DNA from: an uncultured bacterium
GTDB lineage: Bacteria > Chloroflexota > UBA5177 > JANWHV01
Direction of reading: 5' to 3'
Length of the DNA: 64,000 bases
Assembly: GCA_963827235.1 (NCBI GenBank)
Contig: CAWHAE010000009.1
Location: 1,024,001 to 1,088,000, forward strand
Shown: positions 56,895-64,000 of the stretch, piece by piece
Position numbering within the stretch: the stretch's first letter is position 1
Layout: every line of letters begins with the position of its first letter
Made by a program: the position numbers and the translations under genes
The notes under the pieces: generated by a model
Database searches by the model: none
What the model saw: the letters and a program-made list of their open reading frames with translations, nothing else
Told to the model about the DNA's origin: nothing

Positions 56895-58883
56895 ATGCAC
56901 CGAAACGACAACGTCCTCGAAATCCTACAGTTCAGCTACGAAAACGATCGCGCGACCGCCAAGTATGCGGGAGCAGCGCCAGCGTCGGATGCGTTTCTCG
57001 AAGGACTGTACGTCGACACGTTGCTCGATACGGCGCTGGCGAACGACATCCTAAACGACGAGTTCGATCTGGTGCTCATCACCGGCAACCCAGGAGACGG
57101 AAAGACGGCATTCCTGGATAGGCTGTTCCAGAAAGGCCGAACCACCGCCAACAGACCGATCGAAATCCTTCACGACGCAACGCAACCGAGCAAGGACGAC
57201 CGCACGGCGCTGGCTGAACGGGAACTCTCTTACTTTCTGGAGGATCTCACCGACGAACGATGGGATCCCAAGTCCGCCAAGCGTCGCGTGCGGGTGGTCG
57301 GCATCAATGAAGGCATGCTGGCGCGCACGCTCCGAAACCCCAAAGGCAAGTACGCGAAGCACCTGGCGAGCCTCCTGCAAAAGCCGCCGCTCAAGGGGAC
57401 GGGGGACTTTCGCTGCGCGACCGTGAACCTCAACGACAGAGCGTTGGTGCACTTGCCGCTCGGTTTGGGGACCAGCCTGCTCGCCAAACTGTTGCATCGC
57501 GTGACAGATCCCAGGTTGTGGGAGGCGCGAGAGAGCGGTCAGAGTTGCGCCGCGTGTCCGGCCGAAGCCACCTGCCCGTTGCTGGCCAACGCACGAGCTT
57601 TGCGTCTCTCGCGTCCCCGACGACAAATCGAGCTGCTGTTCGCCATCGCACAGTTTCAGCGTCATCGCCACATCTCGATCAGGGATGCGCTCGCAGCGCT
57701 TGCCTACCTGATCGTGGGGCACGAGGACATGTATCGAAGCGGAGAACGAGGCACGGGTATCCCTGTGCATCCCTGCGACTACATCCAACGCGCCGTCGAC
57801 GAAGAGCGCTGGGGACACCTGTACCGTCGGCTCTTCTATCACGCAGGCTTCTTCGACGGCGACGTCTTCGAAGGCTACTTCCCAGAGTTGGGAGAAGCCG
57901 ACGAGTACCAACACCGCCTCTACGGCTTCGCCAACGCCTTCATCGTGGAAGAGCTAAACGTCGCCGACCCAGTGACCGCCTCAAACGCACGACTCGACGC
58001 CATCGAACTGGACGTCGTGACCAACGCCAGCGGATTGCTCGAGAGTCCGCCAACGTGGATGTACGACGTATGCCCGCTCGAACGGGAATTCTTTAGCATC
58101 CTCAGCCAAAGACTGCAAAGGATCGACGAGAAGATCTTAGCCGGCACCGTCGAAGGCTCGGACTACGAAAAAGCACGCGAATCGTCGCTGGCGCTGGCCT
58201 ACGTCGCATCGCGGGCGGCAAAGCGGCGAGCGTTCTTCTTCGACCCGAGTCTTCCCGACCAAGACGCGACGCCCTATGCAAGCTTGGCGCAGTTCTTCGG
58301 GGTGCTGACCTACGTGACCGGCCAGTCCGACCCCACCGCCGAAGACCACTTCGACGAAGCGGTAGAGTCCACCATTCCAGGTGGAGTGATAGCGAGCGAG
58401 CGCCTGCCCGTCCCCGCATCGCCGATCGATAAGTTGGTAGTACGGCTGAGCGACGAGCGCGGCAGCGTAGGCGCTAGCATCGAGTTTCCCGTCGCCGACC
58501 TCAGCGCCGCACTCTTTTCGCCGACGCAAGAAGAGGCCAACATCGACAAGGACCACAACTACCAGCACACGGTAGCGCGACGCCGGTACGTGGAGTATTT
58601 TCCAACGTTCCTGGTGTATCGGCCGTTCAAGGGAGAAACTCAACATCTCATCGTCACGCTCGATCTGTACGAGTTGCTGTTCCGGCTGCGACGAGGCTAC
58701 AGCGAAGCCTTCGGCCATCAGCACCGCGTGCAGCAGCTTCGCATCTTCAAAGCCGCGCTCAGGGCGCGCGGTGCCTCCCGATTGAACTTGTTCGACGCCG
58801 AACAGAACGCGCTGCACGTGGTCGCGCAGGTCCAGCTAGGAGACGCGTCTGGGAAGCGCTCTGCAAGAGTGAGGTTCCAATGA
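56895..58883 (+). CDS. DptF(DndF)-like P-loop ATPase
   Basis: VLITGNPGDGKT, LHDAT, VVGINEGML, VNLNDR, CxxCPxxxxCP and HISIRD. Confidence 0.7.
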   Translation: MHRNDNVLEILQFSYENDRATAKYAGAAPASDAFLEGLYVDTLLDTALANDILNDEFDLVLITGNPGDGKTAFLDRLFQKGRTTANRPIEILHDATQPSKDDRTALAERELSYFLEDLTDERWDPKSAKRRVRVVGINEGMLARTLRNPKGKYAKHLASLLQKPPLKGTGDFRCATVNLNDRALVHLPLGLGTSLLAKLLHRVTDPRLWEARESGQSCAACPAEATCPLLANARALRLSRPRRQIELLFAIAQFQRHRHISIRDALAALAYLIVGHEDMYRSGERGTGIPVHPCDYIQRAVDEERWGHLYRRLFYHAGFFDGDVFEGYFPELGEADEYQHRLYGFANAFIVEELNVADPVTASNARLDAIELDVVTNASGLLESPPTWMYDVCPLEREFFSILSQRLQRIDEKILAGTVEGSDYEKARESSLALAYVASRAAKRRAFFFDPSLPDQDATPYASLAQFFGVLTYVTGQSDPTAEDHFDEAVESTIPGGVIASERLPVPASPIDKLVVRLSDERGSVGASIEFPVADLSAALFSPTQEEANIDKDHNYQHTVARRRYVEYFPTFLVYRPFKGETQHLIVTLDLYELLFRLRRGYSEAFGHQHRVQQLRIFKAALRARGASRLNLFDAEQNALHVVAQVQLGDASGKRSARVRFQ

Positions 58884-60493
58884 CCCAAACAGCCAAGAGC
58901 GCAGACGACGTCATATGGGAGAAGATCTACCACAAGAGAGTCGACCGTCTGTTCCTGCCGCTCGGCATTCGCCAGAATAGGATCGAGGACATCTTTACCG
59001 ACTTTCTGGCCTCGCTTGTAGCCTACGCGCACGGGCGCGGGGCTGTCGGAACCAGCGACGACAAGGATCGGTTCGGCATCCTCGAGGCCGATCTGCGGCA
59101 AGGGGTGCGTCACGTGTCCATGCCCGAAGACGACTTCAAGCGATCGCTGGTATTCCGGTGGCTGCGCAGCGAATTGGTCCGCAACGAACGGTCGTCGAAC
59201 AGCGGACGGACGAGAAACGCCGGCCATTCCATCGTGCCGCTACACGTCGCGGTCGCAGAACGCTTCGGGCGGCCAGAAGGGGGCATTCCGAATTACGGCG
59301 AATGTCTGTGCGAAATGCTGACCGCAGGCCGTCCTGCAGGGCGAGAGGACGCCTTGCTCAAGAGCCTATGGGACTTCTTCAAGGAGAATGGGGGCGATCC
59401 GCTCGCGACGATCCTGGAGTTAGCCTTATCCTCCAACGAATCAACCGAGGAGACCCAACGGCCCTGGGCCTTGCCGGCGCGGTCCCTAGTCCGCTGTCCC
59501 CAACACGCACGCGCGTTCCAGCGAGACGTAGAACACGTGCTCCGGTTCGTGAATCACGTGTCGCGAAGCACCATGCTCGTGTGGCTCTACTCGCTGTTCG
59601 CCTTTCACCTCGCAACGTACTTCCTTCGCATGGCGAAGGCGGCGCAACGCTGTGCAACAAGCCTGGCCAAAACCATGGAGAGCGGGATCGTCGAGTACCA
59701 AGCGTGCCAGCTATGCGGCTTGACGCTCGCTAACGGTCGCGCAACCGGCTCGTGCTCCAACGAGGTGCAGATCGTCCTTGGCGAACGCAATCTCGATCAC
59801 GCGCGACTGATGAAACGATATCCGTACTACACAAGCCAACTGCCAATCGCCAAGTCGTACTTCGAGCAGCTCTACGACGATCGATCGCTGGCGGCCATGG
59901 ATGAAGCCGATGCGCTCGCGAGCACGTTCGAGCGAATTGCCGCAGAAGTCATCGCCAAGCCGAACGAGGTCAAGGGTTGGTTCGAGATGCTCGCTGGCGA
60001 ATACCCCGTGCACACCAGCACGTCCCCTCGTGGCGCGCAGGCGCGAAGTGCCTGGCGACTAGCGGAAGCCGACAAGCGCCAAGCACTCGAACTGCTGCAG
60101 CGCGGCCAAGCCACCGCGTTCGAAACCGTAGCCTTCCACCTAAATTTCAACGACATGTCGCGGGCTTCCAACAGCATCCAAGAATGGCAGTTCTATCAAA
60201 CGCTGGCACGCGATCCAGTGTACGGATTTGCCAGCGGGCGAGGCGAAGAACTCAACTACAAGCTCTCGGATGGACTGCTAGCAGCACTCGTGCACGCCCA
60301 CATCGTAGAGGTAAACGGCGAAGCCACGGTGCGAACGTTCGAGGAATCGCTGGAAAGCCGAGGCCTTAGGATCGACGATGGCTATCGCAGCGCGCTCATG
60401 GAAGCGCTCGTCAACGCGGGCACGATGGAAGCGATTGCCGACGCAGGCGATGCAAAGCGCCTGTCGGCCCTTTACGAATGGGACAAAGCGTGA
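58880..60493 (+). CDS. DptG(DndG)/MAD7-like protein
   Basis: ATGA overlap; C-terminal FEESLESRG...L...G..E..ADAGDA..L; lies between the F-like and H-like genes. Confidence 0.6.
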   Translation: MTQTAKSADDVIWEKIYHKRVDRLFLPLGIRQNRIEDIFTDFLASLVAYAHGRGAVGTSDDKDRFGILEADLRQGVRHVSMPEDDFKRSLVFRWLRSELVRNERSSNSGRTRNAGHSIVPLHVAVAERFGRPEGGIPNYGECLCEMLTAGRPAGREDALLKSLWDFFKENGGDPLATILELALSSNESTEETQRPWALPARSLVRCPQHARAFQRDVEHVLRFVNHVSRSTMLVWLYSLFAFHLATYFLRMAKAAQRCATSLAKTMESGIVEYQACQLCGLTLANGRATGSCSNEVQIVLGERNLDHARLMKRYPYYTSQLPIAKSYFEQLYDDRSLAAMDEADALASTFERIAAEVIAKPNEVKGWFEMLAGEYPVHTSTSPRGAQARSAWRLAEADKRQALELLQRGQATAFETVAFHLNFNDMSRASNSIQEWQFYQTLARDPVYGFASGRGEELNYKLSDGLLAALVHAHIVEVNGEATVRTFEESLESRGLRIDDGYRSALMEALVNAGTMEAIADAGDAKRLSALYEWDKA

Positions 60494-63400
60494 TGACGCC
60501 CTTACCCAACATCCCGACGACGGCGAGCGCGGCGTTGGCGCGAGCGGCGTACGAATACTTCGCCGGACGCAAGGACGTGCGCACCAAACGCCTGCTCGTC
60601 CACCATTACCCGCGACGGATCCTGGAAAGCACGGCGGAGGCCTTCTACGGTCTAGCGGAGAAACGAGACGGCGGCCTTTTCATAGCAGACAAGCGAGTGA
60701 CGGTCGGATTGATACAGCCTCCCAACGAAACCGACTCGTTGAAGGCCTTTAGCGGGTGGCAATACGGCTGCTCGCCGGACTGGCCGGTGCGGGCTCGAGA
60801 CGTAGGTGGATTCCTGCTGTTGCTGTGCCCCCCGGATTGGTACGAATCGCTGCACGAATCGATCCGATCGAATTCTTTCATGGCCTTCGACCAGGGACAA
60901 AGCGCCGGAGCGCCCTCGGCCGTGGCAACCGCGATGATCGCTGCAGCTGGCTTGGACGAGCCAGAGGAAAATCTCCTCAAATCCATCGTCCGGGAACTAC
61001 TCGCGCGCGCGCAGCGACGGCGTCACGACGTGGGAATCGTCGACGTGCTCGAAGCCCTCGAACGTTACCTCGGCGAAGATGCCGTACCTAGCCCAGCCTC
61101 CCTGCGAGCGCTTGGGCTCGTGCCGGACGCCCGGTTGACCGCGGATCTCGATGAGCGTGAAGTGCGCAGGCTCGTTCGAGACAATCTGGACTACCAAGCG
61201 ACGCTAAGCGCGGAAATGGCGCGCTTACCCTCCAAATACCTACAGGAACGATTTCCCACGGAGGCCGAACGTCCAATAGCAGAGCGCTTGCGCGCGCACG
61301 TCGCGCAGTTCGACTACGACCTGCGCGTGGACGATCTCACGTGGCGCACCACCTGGCCACCCGACCTCACCCTCGGCCAATTGCTCGGCAAGACGGGAAC
61401 AGGGCCTCTGGGTCCGCGACCTAAAGCCACGGTGCGCGCGCTAACAGTCGATTCGGTGGCGCGATGGGAAGACGCCGAGGTCGTTGAAGCGAACGGAATC
61501 GACCTAACGTGGAAGGTTGCGGGGCCAGAAGAAGCTCGATCGGGCGAGGTAACGGCGTTCGTAGACGGCATTGAGATCGAAGACGCCACAGCCCAACTCA
61601 GCGACCAGTACGTGCAGATACCAAACATACCTCCCGGCCGGCACACGGTGGAGCTGCGTGCGTCCGACGACGACGAGCTGGAGGTACTCGGGCAAACGCG
61701 TTGCGAGGTATTCGTGGTCAAAGACGGCATCGTGCCGTTCTCCATACGGGGGCAACGGGCGATAGGCGATCGATTCGAGGTTCTTCCCGGAAGAGACGTC
61801 CAACTCGTATGGCGAAGCCCAGCGGACGACGGCATCGCGCAATGGGTGGTCAAGATCGAGTCGATCTCCGGCACCACCGAGGAAGTACGACTGAGCCGAA
61901 CCACCGAACAATATCGGGTCGACGGCGGCATTACCGAACCCACCGATTTCGAACTGAGCGGCGTCGACGTCGACGGACGGCGCGTATGCGGGGCGCTCCT
62001 TCAAGTGTCACCGGTCGCAGACGATGAGAGAAAGGCGATTAAGGCAGCCTCGGTTGCCCAAGGCCTCGTGGCCGCCGCCCGAAACCTGCGTGCGAAACGA
62101 GAGGTATGGGCTAGCGTGCGGACGAAGCCGCTGGACATCAAGATAGAAGAGGTGAGCGAAGTCGGCTACACCATACGATTCGTCGACGGCGACCAGGTGG
62201 TGTGGGAGCAGCGATGCAACGCGCCCAACTCCGAACTGCTCGACGGTATGGAACGCGGTTTCACTGCAAAGCCCGACCGGCCGTGGCTCCTCGCTGCACC
62301 GGCACGATGGACCACCCAACCCTGGCCATGCCACCCAAGCAAGCAACCAGAGATTGCGACGTGGGAAGGACAACTGCGCGCCAGCGCGCCAGGTCTCGAG
62401 GATTACCTCAGCGCCCGGCGGACGCTCTTCGAGAGGATGGGCGAACGGTCAAACGACCAGATGCCACCGATCAACACCCTGCCGCTCGCGGACTTCGAAA
62501 CTGAAATCGTAGCGTACGCAACGGCCTACCGCCGGGCGCTCGAAGCGCTGGTCAAAGATGGAAACGCATTCCAATCGTTCCACGCGCTGCTCTCGCTAGT
62601 GGACACGGTGGCTTTCGTCTCAAACGTATGGCGCGACCCCTACGCGGTGGCCGGAGACCGCGCCAACGTGGTGGCGCTCGCCGTCGCTCCAACGCACCCC
62701 CTACGACTGCTTTGGCTGCTACAACTGGAGTTAGCCGTGCGAGCGGTCGTTGCGGGAGGCGGCGGAGGAGACTTCAATCCGGACTCCTTCAGCGGCCTAT
62801 CCGGAATGAACTACCCTCCCTACCTCGTGGACTTCGACCGGCACTTCTACCGCAACGTCGGCGTGTCGCCCACCTACGGCTGGGCGCTCTACCTTCCCGA
62901 GGCGCAGACGGAGAGCGATACGTTCTTCTCTCCCGTCCTGCAGAAAGCGCTAGAGTTGCGCACCACGGGCGAAAACGTAGCCGTGAGCGCCGAACAAATA
63001 CGAAACGCGCTCGCGTACTACCACGAGGCATTTCCGTTTCGGGACGTCATTCGGTTCCACTACATAGGCGCTGGCTCCGGCGAGCGGATCGTCGAAGCGC
63101 TGACAGGTTGGGAAGACGGACCGCGTCGCGCAACCGGCGCGCGGAAAGCCGTAAGCCGCACGACCGCAGAGAGGATGCGGTTCGTCGTAAACTTGCTAGA
63201 CGTATACGAAGCGGAACGGCCGGCCGGTACCGGAAGAGCCTTTGAAGAATACGCTTCCCAAAGCTCGGACGAGGATCCACTGCTCGAGAACGCGCTGTTT
63301 GCCGTGCAAACCGTCGAGCGCAGCAGATTCGAACGGGTGGATGCGGAACTCCCGCAAATCCCGCGGCACCACATCGTCTTCGGCAGCGATTTCTTCGCCA

Positions 63401-64000
63401 CCCGCGGAGACACCCTCGCGGTCGAAGGCCACGCCTATCCTCTCGCCGCCTGGGGTCTGCGGAACCTGCCAACGAAAGCGATCGACGGGGGAGCTGACCA
63501 GCGCCTCTTCATCTCGGCCGTGGTGCCGAAACCCGCAGAAGCGCAGCAAGTTGACGGCGAACGACGGGAGCCAGCAACGAAACAAGCTCCAAGCGCAACG
63601 ACGGCCAGTCCACAGGACCGCCTTCGCGCGCTAGCAAACGCCGAAGACGAAATCCACAGGCTATCGTACGCCTTCCAAGTGATGTCCAGCATTTCATCCG
63701 AGCATCGAGTCTACCACCTAGACGTGGCTCGCATGCAGGTGATCGAACTGGACAGTCGGGCAGCAGGAGCGATCGACCGCATGCACCGCATCGCCGAGTG
63801 GGTCTACATCGTAGACGCCCACATCGATGTCGAGCTGTTCGATCGACCAGGGCCCGAGCACTACATTCTGGACTATCGTCCGACGATTGGCGCGACGGGA
63901 CCGCGAGCAGCGCGTCATAACTACGTAATCACCACGAGAGACAACACGCAGATCGTCTCCGTAGTCGAACGCTTCTTGAGCAATCAATACGCTGCCGTCT
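60493..64000 (+). CDS. DptH(DndH)/MAD8-like large protein (3'-truncated by the window; absent from the ORF track)
   Basis: TGATG overlap; begins MTPLPNIPTT; no stop in the stretches translated by hand; LGLVPD, APTHPLRLLW and HRIAEWVYIVDAHIDVELFD...YILDY motifs. Confidence 0.75.
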   Translation, partial: MTPLPNIPTTASAALARAAYEYFAGRKDVRTKRLLVHHYPRRILESTAEAFYGLAEKRDGGLFIADKRVTVGLIQPPNETDSLKAFSGWQYGCSPDWPVRARDVGGFLLLLCPPDWYESLHESIRSNSFMAFDQGQSAGAPSAVATAMIAAAGLDEPEENLLKSIVRELLARAQRRRHDVGIVDVLEALERYLGEDAVPSPASLRALGLVPDARLTADLDEREVRRLVRDNLDYQATLSAEMARLPSKYLQERFPTEAERPIAERLRAHVAQFDYDLRVDDLTWRTTWPPDLTLGQLLGKTGTGPLGPRPKATVRALTVDSVARWEDAEVVEANGIDLTWKVAGPEEARSGEVTAFVDGIEIEDATAQLSDQYVQIPNIPPGRHTVELRASDDDELEVLGQTRCEVFVVKDGIVPFSIRGQRAIGDRFEVLPGRDVQLVWRSPADDGIAQWVVKIESISGTTEEVRLSRTTEQYRVDGGITEPTDFELSGVDVDGRRVCGALLQVSPVADDERKAIKAASVAQGLVAAARNLRAKREVWASVRTKPLDIKIEEVSEVGYTIRFVDGDQVVWEQRCNAPNSELLDGMERGFTAKPDRPWLLAAPARWTTQPWPCHPSKQPEIATWEGQLRASAPGLEDYLSARRTLFERMGERSNDQMPPINTLPLADFETEIVAYATAYRRALEALVKDGNAFQSFHALLSLVDTVAFVSNVWRDPYAVAGDRANVVALAVAPTHPLRLLWLLQLELAVRAVVAGGGGGDFNPDSFSGLSGMNYPPYLVDFDRHFYRNVGVSPTYGWALYLPEAQTESDTFFSPVLQKALELRTTGENVAVSAEQIRNALAYYHEAFPFRDVIRFHYIGAGSGERIVEALTGWEDGPRRATGARKAVSRTTAERMRFVVNLLDVYEAERPAGTGRAFEEYASQSSDEDPLLENALFAVQTVERSRFERVDAELPQIPRHHIVFGSDFFATRGDTLAVEGHAYPLAAWGLRNLPTKAIDGGADQRLFISAVVPKPAEAQQVDGERREPATKQAPSATTASPQDRLRALANAEDEIHRLSYAFQVMSSISSEHRVYHLDVARMQVIELDSRAAGAIDRMHRIAEWVYIVDAHIDVELFDRPGPEHYILDYRPTIGATGPRAARHNYVITTRDNTQIVSVVERFLSNQYAAV

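Larger units (their letters stand above)
21422..64000. mobile_element. Large Tn7-like transposon or defence island (distal end not found in the window)
   Basis: End structure, tnsAB-tnsC-tniQ, compositional shift and defence/repair cargo; the extent beyond about 28 kb is inferred from the absence of a second end. Confidence 0.65.

Overview
A GC-rich bacterial chromosome segment, probably Chloroflexota; this is inferred from the protein families and the GAAC-N4-GTTC SOS boxes. It has three parts. (1) 1-12.4 kb is host backbone: the tail of a LacI regulator, a GH39 glycosidase, secreted proteins, an AfsR/SARP-type STAND regulator and a COG4280-like transporter. (2) 12.7-21.4 kb is a phage-head cluster (portal, MazG-like protein, C5 methyltransferase, XF1762-like protein, GH25 lysin, protease/scaffold/capsid). 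It starts from a near-consensus promoter with a LexA-type box, and no integrase or terminase lies at its left edge. (3) From 21422 a Tn7-like transposon is inserted in the capsid gene. It has a TGT end with repeated TnsB-type sites and tnsAB(fused)-tnsC-tniQ; its other end was not found and is probably beyond 64 kb. The apparent cargo comprises two Cas4/AddB-like PD-(D/E)XK paralogues under an SOS box, an ImmR/ImmA-like switch, blocks of genes separated by orphan immA 3' fragments, a minimal WXG100-FtsK locus with a GNAT-tipped protein, xth, nurA-herA-sbcD-sbcC and an OLD-type nuclease. It ends with the best candidate for a new system: a coupled operon of a C5 cytosine methyltransferase, an HhH-GPD/EndoIII glycosylase and DptF/G/H-like (MAD7/MAD8-like) genes, with no phosphorothioation genes in view. 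No rRNA, tRNA or CRISPR array was seen. All family assignments come from motif recognition by eye, not from database searches.
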